15,374 bases of DNA from Candidatus Nanohaloarchaea archaeon (GTDB lineage: Archaea > Nanohalarchaeota > Nanosalinia > Nanosalinales > Nanosalinaceae), in the NCBI GenBank assembly GCA_042217695.1, contig JBDGSE010000027.1, positions 1 to 15,374 of the forward strand. The letters are read 5' to 3'. A model generated the notes under the pieces. The model saw nothing but the letters and a program-made list of their open reading frames with translations. It was not told where the DNA came from and did no database searches. A program made the position numbers and the translations under genes. How positions within the stretch are numbered: position 1 is the stretch's first letter; every line of letters starts with the position of its first letter. Of the stretch, positions 1-7,142 are shown piece after piece.

Positions 1-7
1 GAACACC

Positions 8-1363
8 TCAATCCATGTAGGTATAGGCAGTGTTGAGTATTTTTTGCTCCTCGAACTGGTCTCCGATTATCTGGAGACCGGTCGGCATTCCGTTGCTTTC
101 ACCGTTCGGGACAGATATAGTGGGCATCCCTGCCAGGTTCGGGCCGACGGTCAGGGTGTCCATCGCATAGACTTCCGTGGGTTTCATGGATTCCGCATCC
201 TCTATCCTCGGCGCGATATTGGGCATCGAGGGAGAGACAAGCACATCGTACTCGCCGAACGCGGACCGGAAACTTTCTATTATCCTCTGCCTCACCTTTG
301 CGGCCTTCAGGTAGTACTGGTCGCGGTAGCCGGCCATCCGGGTGTAGGTCCCGAGCAGTATACGCCGCTTGGCCTCCTCCCCGAAACCTTCTGTACGGAC
401 CTCCGAGAAGTAGTCGTTGTACTCCTTCTGTTCGGGGTCGGTCTCAAGTCCGTAACGCATCCCGCTCATCTTCGCCAGATTTGTGGAGGTCTCCGCCATC
501 GCCAGCACATAGTAAGCCGGGACCGAGTAGTCAGCGGAGAGCAGCGGTAAATCAACTTCCTCGACCGTTGCACCTTTCTCCTCAAGTTCTTCCAGCGAGG
601 CCTCAAAGTTTTCCCTGACCCCGTCCTGAAGCCCCTCGAGTTCCAGGTACTGTTTCGGGACGCCTATCCGGGGTTCCACTTTTTCAAGGTCGGAGTACTC
701 CGGAACTTTCCTCGAGGAGGTGGTCTGGTCTCTCGGGTCCTCGCCCGCGATTACCTCCAGAGCCTTTGCCGCGCCCCAGACTTCGCTGGTCAGCACCCCG
801 ATCTTGTCGAGAGAGTTGGCGTAGTCCACGAGACCGTAGCGGGAAACCCTTCCATACGTGGGCGTTAAACCCACTACACCGTTGTAGGCCGCAGGGTTAG
901 TTATCGAGCCGCCAGTCGACTCACCGATGGAGATCAGGGGCTGATCCATGGCGGCGACTATGGCTCCCGCCCCTCCCGAGGAACCGCCCACCACCCTTTC
1001 CGGATCGTGAGGGTTCTTCGGTGTGCCGAAGGCACAGTTCGTGGAGAAAGTGCCGAAACCGAACTCGTCCTGCTGTGTTTTTCCATAGAAGGTGGCTCCT
1101 GCGTCCTTTAACCGGGAAACAACCGTCGCGTCGAAAACCGGGCGGTAGTCTTCAAGTATCTCTGAACCCGCACTGGTCGTGACATCTTCTGTACATATGG
1201 CGTCCTTCACCACGAAGGGGACGCCCTGGAGTTCACCGTCGTTTTCTTCCCGGGATACCTCCCGCATGAACCCCAGTTCGCTGTTTTTATCCCTTAACTC
1301 GTCCAGGAAACGGTCGTGATCCAGTTTTTCTCCCCGCAGGACCACGTCCTTCACGGTTTTCAT
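8..1363 (-). CDS. gatA: Asp-tRNA(Asn)/Glu-tRNA(Gln) amidotransferase subunit A
   Basis: Amidase signature (VKDAI, GGSSGG, ESTGGSI), GatA-typical E-x-KRRILLGTY and YYLKAAKVR. Start placed at ATG 1363 (GGGAGT upstream, TTTTTAAG about 25 nt upstream); the in-frame GTG at 1420 is an alternative. Confidence 0.93.
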   Translation of the reverse strand: MKTVKDVVLRGEKLDHDRFLDELRDKNSELGFMREVSREENDGELQGVPFVVKDAICTEDVTTSAGSEILEDYRPVFDATVVSRLKDAGATFYGKTQQDEFGFGTFSTNCAFGTPKNPHDPERVVGGSSGGAGAIVAAMDQPLISIGESTGGSITNPAAYNGVVGLTPTYGRVSRYGLVDYANSLDKIGVLTSEVWGAAKALEVIAGEDPRDQTTSSRKVPEYSDLEKVEPRIGVPKQYLELEGLQDGVRENFEASLEELEEKGATVEEVDLPLLSADYSVPAYYVLAMAETSTNLAKMSGMRYGLETDPEQKEYNDYFSEVRTEGFGEEAKRRILLGTYTRMAGYRDQYYLKAAKVRQRIIESFRSAFGEYDVLVSPSMPNIAPRIEDAESMKPTEVYAMDTLTVGPNLAGMPTISVPNGESNGMPTGLQIIGDQFEEQKILNTAYTYMD

Positions 1364-1420
1364 ACTCCCGGCTTCTCTACCGAACCTTAAAAATTCAACT
1401 ACTCCAGGGCCCTCTTCCAC

Positions 1421-1540
1421 CTATACCTCTTCACACTCGTCCAGGTGGAAACTCTTCCCGCATTCCTCGCACTTGGGAAACAGGGGGCGGTAACCGTCCC
1501 AGTACATCTCTCCCCCGCATTCAGGGCATCGGTAGCCCAC
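1421..1540 (-). CDS. CPxCG-type zinc-finger microprotein, 39 aa (MGYRCPECGGEMYWDGYRPLFPKCEECGKSFHLDECEEV)
   Basis: Translated by hand; absent from the ORF track. GTG start directly after the upstream TGA, GAGGTG SD-like motif 6 nt upstream, CPECG and CEECG motifs, TAG at 1423-1421. Confidence 0.85.
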   Translation of the reverse strand: MGYRCPECGGEMYWDGYRPLFPKCEECGKSFHLDECEEV

Positions 1541-2029
1541 TCAGTCCACCTCGTGGAATTCAACGTCGCCGTCGGAAAGATCGACCGTGGCCACGTGGAA
1601 CTCCTCCTCAGCCCCTGGAATCGGTATCCCGCCAGGGTTTACCTCGACCGTACCGTTAAACTCGCGGAGCTTTTTCTCGTGGGTGTGGCCGCGGAAGACA
1701 TAGTCGTATCTTCCCGAGGTTACGAGTGCGTCGGCTATCGACTCCTCTGTTCCGTGGTAGACCGCTATCTTCTCGTCTTCCAGCTCCAGCTCTGCCACGT
1801 TGTTGAAGAACTCTCCGAACTCCTCGACCGTTGACTTGAGGTTCCATTCTCCGTCGTTGTTTCCCCTCACAGCGTAGAAATCGAACTCACGGTCGAATAG
1901 CTGAGCGGTGAACGGCGCCACCATGTCGCCACAGTGCAGAACAGTGTCGACCCGGGTCTCAAGGAATTCAATAGCCTTTCTGGCTGTCTCCAGATCGTCA
2001 TGGGTATCGGATATGACTCCGATCTCCAT
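1541..2029 (-). CDS. YfcE/MJ0936-family metallophosphoesterase
   Basis: Motifs SDTHD, HCGD, VRGNND, YHG, GHTH, NPG. Real start is ATG 2029 (MEIGVISD), not 2185, which overlaps gatC. Confidence 0.92.
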   Translation of the reverse strand: MEIGVISDTHDDLETARKAIEFLETRVDTVLHCGDMVAPFTAQLFDREFDFYAVRGNNDGEWNLKSTVEEFGEFFNNVAELELEDEKIAVYHGTEESIADALVTSGRYDYVFRGHTHEKKLREFNGTVEVNPGGIPIPGAEEEFHVATVDLSDGDVEFHEVD

Positions 2030-2033
2030 CTGC

Positions 2034-2312
2034 TCACACCTTCGGACCCTTGAACTGGTCCTCTTCAACATTATCGGTGTTCTGGAAGACTTCTTCCCTT
2101 GAGAGAGTCTCCTCTCTCTCATCTTCCCTGGTCTCTGGTTCGATTTCGACGGGGTGGAACGCAGGCTCAGTATCGCTGGTGTCAACCTCGTTCAGTTTCG
2201 AGAACATCTCCAGTATCTCTTCAAATTCTCCGGCGAACTCCTCAACCTCTTCCTCGGTTATATCGAGACGTGCGTTTTCTGCAACACGCCTGACCTCATC
2301 GGTGTCAACCAT
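2034..2312 (-). CDS. gatC: Amidotransferase subunit C
   Basis: 92 aa with VAENARL, LNEVDT, RED and FKGPKV pattern; same strand and cluster as gatA. Confidence 0.92.
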   Translation of the reverse strand: MVDTDEVRRVAENARLDITEEEVEEFAGEFEEILEMFSKLNEVDTSDTEPAFHPVEIEPETREDEREETLSREEVFQNTDNVEEDQFKGPKV

Positions 2313-2393
2313 GTTGTATTTGAGAGCATTGAAGCTTTTTCAATTCAACCTTTCCTTTCCGGAAAACCTTTCTCAGGTATATCCTCTCACCTG

Positions 2394-2470
2394 ATGAACA
2401 GTTATGAACAATCGATGTGTAAAAACGTTGAACAGTCTGTAAAACACACGTATGCCGAACATTTATAAAG
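2394..2470 (+). promoter_or_regulatory. ftsZ-locus promoter: TATA box with upstream direct repeats
   Basis: TTTATAAA at 2462-2469; TGAACA at 2395, 2405, 2429, CGAACA at 2456; TGTAAAA at 2418 and 2438. Confidence 0.55.
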
Positions 2471-2503
2471 GAGCTTAGAAAATGTTAGATTAGACTAATA
2501 CTA

Positions 2504-2691
2504 GTTTCAGTTCGTGTTGGGCCACGAACCTGAAACGACTTCAAACTCGTTTGGGCGCGAGTTTGAGACACGCTTTCGGGCGACTTGAATTGGGCTTCAA
2601 GTCAACCGAGTTGGGCTAACGTATTGGGCATTCGATTGGGCTATCTTCTAAGGTAGAGTTACCTACGCCGACTTAAAAAGGTTAGGTGTAG
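2504..2691 (+). ncRNA. Structured leader or sRNA with repeated UUGGGC hairpin loops upstream of ftsZ
   Basis: Three stems with different sequences close an identical TTGGGC loop (2504-2536, 2541-2566, 2582-2603); further TTGGGC at 2611, 2624, 2636 and TCGGGC at 2576; extra hairpin 2663-2691; no ORF. Confidence 0.7.
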
Positions 2692-2715
2692 CTATACCGC
2701 AGCAGGGTTTGGTTA

Positions 2716-3780
2716 ATGGAATCCATCATAAACAACAACTCGAAAACCGAAGAAGAGCTTCAAAACCTCGAAGATGTTAAAGACGCAAAGATACTAGTTG
2801 TCGGAGCAGGAGGAGCTGGTAACAACCAGATAACCAGGATACAGAAGAAGGATGTCGAGGGCGCCGAAACCGTCGCCATCAACACCGACAAACAGCACCT
2901 GGAGATGTCCTCCGCCGACAGGAAAATACTCGTAGGGAAAGACCTTACCAGAGGCCTTGGCGCCGGCGGCCACCCGGAAAAGGGCGAAAGGGCCGCTGAA
3001 GAGAACCGGGCCGAACTCCGCTCGCTGTTCAAGGACGCCGACATGGTGTTCCTCACCGCGGGACTCGGAGGCGGAACCGGTACAGGAGTCTCTCCGGTAC
3101 TGGCGGAGATAGCCAAGAAGGAGGGATGCATTGTCATCGGAACAGTAACGATGCCTTTCAGCATAGAAGGCGCCAGGATGAGCAAGGCGGAAGAAGGCCT
3201 CTACAAACTCAGACAGCACGTTGACACCGCAATCGTGATCGAAAACGACAGGCTACTGGACATCGCGGGTGACATGCCTCTCGATCAGGCGTTCGGTGTC
3301 GCGGACGAACTGATAACAACGATGATCAAGGGCATCACGGAGACGATCTCCAAGCCATCCCTGGTCAACCTGGACTACGCAGATGTCCAGGCAGTCATGA
3401 ACCAGGGTGGCGTGGCCGTGGTAGGATACGGCGAGTCGAACACCGCAAACAAGGGCGAGGAAGCGATCCATGAAGCCCTCTCCAACCCGCTGCTCGACGT
3501 AGAGTTCGAGGGAGCAAACGGTGCACTCCTGCATGTCGCGGGAGGCGAGGACCTGACCCTCAACGAAATCAACGACGTAGGGCAGATGGTCACGGACAAG
3601 CTCGATAGCGGCGCCCAGGTGATCTGGGGCGCACGGATTCGCGAAGAACTTCAGGGCAAACTCCAGGTAATCTCCATAATCACGGGGGTCGAATCACCCT
3701 ACGTGCTTGGAGAGGTAGAGGAAGAGGAAACCGAAGTTACAGGTGACGTCAACGACCTGGGACTGGAGATAGTCAAGTAA
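2716..3780 (+). CDS. ftsZ: Cell division protein FtsZ (FtsZ2-type)
   Basis: GAGGAGNN, GGGTGTG tubulin signature; TDKQHL, KAEEGL, ETISKPSLVNLDYAD and WGARI resemble archaeal FtsZ2 more than FtsZ1. Confidence 0.97.
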   Translation: MESIINNNSKTEEELQNLEDVKDAKILVVGAGGAGNNQITRIQKKDVEGAETVAINTDKQHLEMSSADRKILVGKDLTRGLGAGGHPEKGERAAEENRAELRSLFKDADMVFLTAGLGGGTGTGVSPVLAEIAKKEGCIVIGTVTMPFSIEGARMSKAEEGLYKLRQHVDTAIVIENDRLLDIAGDMPLDQAFGVADELITTMIKGITETISKPSLVNLDYADVQAVMNQGGVAVVGYGESNTANKGEEAIHEALSNPLLDVEFEGANGALLHVAGGEDLTLNEINDVGQMVTDKLDSGAQVIWGARIREELQGKLQVISIITGVESPYVLGEVEEEETEVTGDVNDLGLEIVK

Positions 3781-3785
3781 AAACG

Positions 3786-3918
3786 ATATTATGGAGGAAG
3801 GCCTCTCGAAATCACCCCCTCCCCCCTTCGATGGCCTTTCCTCCTAAACCATATTAACCGGAAGGCCTCCGCACGATACAAATCACCCCCTCCCCCCTCC
3901 ATTGTGCGGAGGTCTCCG
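3786..3918 (+). ncRNA. Tandem hairpins with identical C-rich loops downstream of ftsZ
   Basis: AAATCACCCCCTCCCCCCT at 3809-3827 and 3880-3898, each mostly or wholly in the loop of a long stem (3793-3844, 3859-3918); G-U pairs favour folding on the + strand. Confidence 0.7.
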
Positions 3919-3982
3919 TGTACTCTTATTTCATCTTCTTTACAGCCAAAAACGGTTTAACTGTCGAAACAAGTTTTAAACC

Positions 3983-4486
3983 GTGAGAGAACTCTATTTC
4001 AACGCCGGAACCGGGACAGGAGTTCTGTCCGCAGTATTCGCCGGGCTGGCCATAAACCAGGGCTACAGTCTGCTGGCAGCCCTGCTCGCCCTGGGCTCCC
4101 TTGCAGCCATCACCTACACGGAGTCAAGGTCCCGGCAGGAGGGCAGAGACCGGCAGGAAAAGTTCCTGATAACTTTCTCGGCCATATTCTATGAGGTGGT
4201 GATGCTGGTCGGACTTCTGGTGACCGAACCCGTCTCGATACATCTGGCCGTCCTTGTACTTGCAGTGATATTCGCCTCTGAGGCCCTCAGCCTGGAACTT
4301 CTGCAGGAGATGCAGCAGAACTTTGAACTGGCGCTCGGCAGTGAGATCCGGGTGATCGCGGTTGCCGTGACGTTCTTCGCGTCCTACTTCAACCCGGCCT
4401 ACCTCTACTGGGGAACCCTGCTCGTCGGCCTGATAGCGTTCTACGACTTCGGAGACATCCTGAGACAGGTATACACAGAGATATAG
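3983..4486 (+). CDS. Multi-pass membrane protein, possibly a degenerate CDP-alcohol phosphatidyltransferase homologue
   Basis: 167 aa, about six hydrophobic segments; GTG start with TTTAA upstream. Family guess rests on helix layout and motif spacing only. Confidence 0.7.
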   Translation: MRELYFNAGTGTGVLSAVFAGLAINQGYSLLAALLALGSLAAITYTESRSRQEGRDRQEKFLITFSAIFYEVVMLVGLLVTEPVSIHLAVLVLAVIFASEALSLELLQEMQQNFELALGSEIRVIAVAVTFFASYFNPAYLYWGTLLVGLIAFYDFGDILRQVYTEI

Positions 4487-4551
4487 AACCGGTTCATCTC
4501 CGCCAGGCCACGTCCTCAACTATTTAATTTTTCCCGAACCCTGTTATCATT

Positions 4552-5055
4552 ATGAAGGCGCCAATATGCAACGTATGTCTTAAGAGCGATGTTCTCTGCA
4601 GCAATTGCGAGGAGAAGCTGGAGAACGGAGAGATCACGGAGCTAGACGTCCGTGTCTCCCGGATCCTTCAGGACCTCAGCAACGAGTACGGCTCCCTCAG
4701 AGACTCGGAGATCATCCGGGTCTACGACACCGATAACGTGGTCGTGATAGTGACCGCGGAAGGCGACGGGGCCAAGGTCGTCGGACGCAGCGGAGACATC
4801 GTGAAGGAGCTCGCCGACAGGATCGAGAAGTCTATCCGGGTAGTGGAGAAGTCGCCCGAGGACCGTGAAGTCATCAAGGGGCTTCTCTCTCCGGCAGAGA
4901 TAGAGTCGATCAACACGGTTTTCTCGCCGGAAGGCCAGCACAAGAAGGTCGTGGTAGACGAGGACTACCGCGGAAAAATCAACCTCGACACGGATGAGTT
5001 CGAGGAACTGATCGAGAAGATAACCGGCGAGCGGTACGAGCTCTCCTTCGAATAA
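4552..5055 (+). CDS. Archaeal NusA-like KH-domain protein with N-terminal Cys4 motif
   Basis: PICNVCLKSDVLCSNC N-terminus; KH-like VVGRSG..VKEL...IEKSIRVVE; TATTTAA about 25-30 nt upstream. Confidence 0.82.
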   Translation: MKAPICNVCLKSDVLCSNCEEKLENGEITELDVRVSRILQDLSNEYGSLRDSEIIRVYDTDNVVVIVTAEGDGAKVVGRSGDIVKELADRIEKSIRVVEKSPEDREVIKGLLSPAEIESINTVFSPEGQHKKVVVDEDYRGKINLDTDEFEELIEKITGERYELSFE

Positions 5056-5058
5056 AAC

Positions 5059-5075
5059 TTTTCCTTTTTCTTTTT
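5059..5075 (+). terminator. Oligo-T archaeal terminator
   Basis: TTTTCCTTTTTCTTTTT right after the stop codon. Confidence 0.55.
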
Positions 5076-5115
5076 GTAAAAAAGAGTATTTAACAACATC
5101 AGAGAAAGGTGAAAC

Positions 5116-6897
5116 ATGGACCAGGACAAACCGAAGGACGTTATAGCGGTTGTAGACCGCGAGAAGTGCCGGCCAGACAAGTGTAACCACGAGTGCATCA
5201 ACTTCGACCCGATAAACCGGTCGGGTGGAGAAGGTTTCCACATAGGCGACCACGGAAAGGCCGAGATAGACGACGACGTGGTGACCGAGGCACACAAGAT
5301 ATGCGCGAAGAAATGCCCCTTCAACGCCATCAAGATAGTGAACCTGGACCAGGAGGTCGGCGAAAAGATACACCAGTTCTCCGAGAACAGTTTCAGGCTC
5401 TACAGCCTGCCGCAGCCGAAGGAAGGTATGGTCGTCGGCATGCTTGGAAGAAACGGTATAGGAAAGTCCACCGCCCTGAAAATACTTGCAGGAAATATAA
5501 AGCCGAACCTGGGCGACTACGAGGACGAACCCTCATGGGACAGGATAATGGAGGAGTACCGGGGTACCGGTCTCCAAGACCACTTCGGAGAGCTTTCAGA
5601 GGGTGAAGTGGACGCGGCTTTCAAGCCACAGCAGGTCGACAAGATCCCGGGTCTTCACGACGGTACCGTCAAAGAACTACTTGAAGAAGTGGACGAACGT
5701 GATGCACTGGAATCGGTTGCGGAAACAGCCGACATAGGACATCTGCTTGAAAGAGAGATAGATGAACTCTCCGGAGGTGAGCTTCAACGGGTAGCGATCG
5801 CGTCAACCATGCTGAAGGACGCCAGTCTATACGTTTTCGACGAACCCTCCTCGTTCCTTGACGTGAAGCAGCGGCTGAAGATGGGGCGGGCTATAAGGGA
5901 ACTCGGACAGGAGAACAAGGTGCTCGTAGTAGAGCACGACCTTGCCACCCTTGACCTGGTCTCACACTCCATCCACGTGTTCCACGGCGACCCTGGTGCC
6001 TACGGGATGGTTTCCAATGCCCTGTCCTCGAGAGAGGGCATCAACCAGTACCTGGACGGCTACCTGAAATCGCACAACCTCCAGATACGGAGCGAGTCCA
6101 TAAGCTTCGACCGTTCAAAGCGGTCCGACGTGGAGAACAAACCGGTTGTACTCGAGTTCCCCGAGATGGAGAAAGACTTTGGAGAGGACGAGTTCTCTCT
6201 GGAGGTCGCGGAGGGGGAACTCCACGAGGAGGAGATACTTGGAATATTCGGGGAGAACGGGCTGGGTAAAACAACGTTTGCAAGGATGCTGGCCGGCGCA
6301 GTCGAACCCGAAACCGGGGAGACCCCCGATGTTTCTGTCTCCTACAAACCTCAGTACCTGGAGTCACAGAACGCAAACGTCCGCGGCGTGATATCCCGGC
6401 ATGTGAACCCGGAGAGCAAGAAGTTCAAGGCCCGGATAGCGGAACCCCTGGAACTGGAGGAACTCTATGAACAGGACCTGGAAGAGCTCTCCGGCGGAGA
6501 ACTCCAGAAGGTGGGTATCGCCATCGCGCTTTCAAGGGACGCAGACGTGTACCTTCTCGACGAGCCTTCAGCGTACCTCGACGTGGAATCCAGGGTGAAG
6601 CTGGGCAAGGTCCTGAAAAGATTCGCAAGGAAGACGGAGAAACCTCTCATGGTGATCGACCACGACCTTTTGCTGTTAGATTACATCGCCGACCGTGGCA
6701 TGGTCTTCACCGGGGAACCCGGTGTCCGGGGCGAGGCGGACTCGCCAGTCGGTATAGAGGCAGCGCTGAACACTTTCCTTGAAGAGGTCGACCTGACCTT
6801 CAGGAAGGACCCGGAATCCGGGCGTCCCAGGGCAAACAAACCCGGAAGCCAGAAAGACCGTGAACAGCGGGAAAGAGGCGAGTACTATGAACAGTAA
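5116..6897 (+). CDS. rli: Ribosome recycling ATPase ABCE1/RLI
   Basis: N-terminal Fe-S domain, two ABC cassettes (GRNGIGKST, LSGGELQ, DEPSSFLD; GENGLGKTT, LSGGELQ, DEPSAYLD), C-terminal GRPRANK..S.KD..Q; GGTGA SD at 5108-5112. Confidence 0.97.
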   Translation: MDQDKPKDVIAVVDREKCRPDKCNHECINFDPINRSGGEGFHIGDHGKAEIDDDVVTEAHKICAKKCPFNAIKIVNLDQEVGEKIHQFSENSFRLYSLPQPKEGMVVGMLGRNGIGKSTALKILAGNIKPNLGDYEDEPSWDRIMEEYRGTGLQDHFGELSEGEVDAAFKPQQVDKIPGLHDGTVKELLEEVDERDALESVAETADIGHLLEREIDELSGGELQRVAIASTMLKDASLYVFDEPSSFLDVKQRLKMGRAIRELGQENKVLVVEHDLATLDLVSHSIHVFHGDPGAYGMVSNALSSREGINQYLDGYLKSHNLQIRSESISFDRSKRSDVENKPVVLEFPEMEKDFGEDEFSLEVAEGELHEEEILGIFGENGLGKTTFARMLAGAVEPETGETPDVSVSYKPQYLESQNANVRGVISRHVNPESKKFKARIAEPLELEELYEQDLEELSGGELQKVGIAIALSRDADVYLLDEPSAYLDVESRVKLGKVLKRFARKTEKPLMVIDHDLLLLDYIADRGMVFTGEPGVRGEADSPVGIEAALNTFLEEVDLTFRKDPESGRPRANKPGSQKDREQRERGEYYEQ

Positions 6898-6913
6898 ATC
6901 AGAACGGTATAGA

Positions 6914-6946
6914 CCCTCTTTTTCCAGTAAAGAAAGAGAAGAAAGC
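6914..6946. terminator. Convergent pyrimidine-tract terminators
   Basis: CCTCTTTTTCC on + after ABCE1; CTTTCTTCTCTTTCTTT on - after the tRNA-like RNA. Confidence 0.45.
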
Positions 6947-6947
6947 T

Positions 6948-7026
6948 CATGGGGTGTGGGATTCGAACCCACCTGTTCGGACCAACCGGCCCGCGGGTGT
7001 GATATGCCAAGCTACCCTAACCCACT
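6948..7026 (-). ncRNA. tRNA-like cloverleaf RNA (atypical or pseudo-tRNA; isotype not assignable)
   Basis: Perfect T arm GTGGG-TTCGAAT-CCCAC, D stem GGGT/ACCC with AGCTTGG loop start, anticodon-position stem CGGGC/GTCCG, partial acceptor stem; 6-nt anticodon loop without U33. Confidence 0.75.
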
Positions 7027-7052
7027 ATTCTAGTTAATATATAATCCCTAAG

Positions 7053-7065
7053 TTTTTATATATTT
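7053..7065. promoter_or_regulatory. TATA box, probably for the tRNA-like RNA and possibly bidirectional
   Basis: TTTTTATATATTT about 30 nt upstream of 7026 on the - strand. Confidence 0.55.
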
Positions 7066-7142
7066 ACCCAAAATCCTTCCCCCCATTCCTCCAAAAAGAG
7101 TTCAAAAGAATAGAGGTACACTCTCTGAACAGGAGCGACAAA

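Noticed and set aside
8..2029. Stop-codon readthrough fusion: phosphoesterase, zinc finger and gatA ORFs share one frame, separated by single TGA and TAG codons
   Set aside because: Each ORF has its own start and SD-like or TATA-like signal and is a complete unit; tight packing explains it, and no recoding signal is visible.
2030..2185. 52-aa N-terminal extension of the phosphoesterase
   Set aside because: Overlaps gatC in another frame; the family motif begins at MEIGVISD.
2504..2641. CRISPR array reading of the TTGGGC repeats
   Set aside because: Repeat is only 6 nt, spacing is irregular, the intervening sequences form the stems, and no cas genes are in the window.
3791..3847. 18-aa ORF MEEGLSKSPPPPFDGLSS
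   Set aside because: Coincides with the first hairpin; the second unit has no equivalent ORF.
3793..3918. Bacterial-type intrinsic terminators
   Set aside because: Loops are 16-23 nt and conserved in sequence, with no U-tract directly after the stems.
6948..7026. Canonical tRNA-Pro or other isotype call
   Set aside because: The D region resembles tRNA-Pro, but no register gives a 7-nt loop with U33 and a purine at 37.
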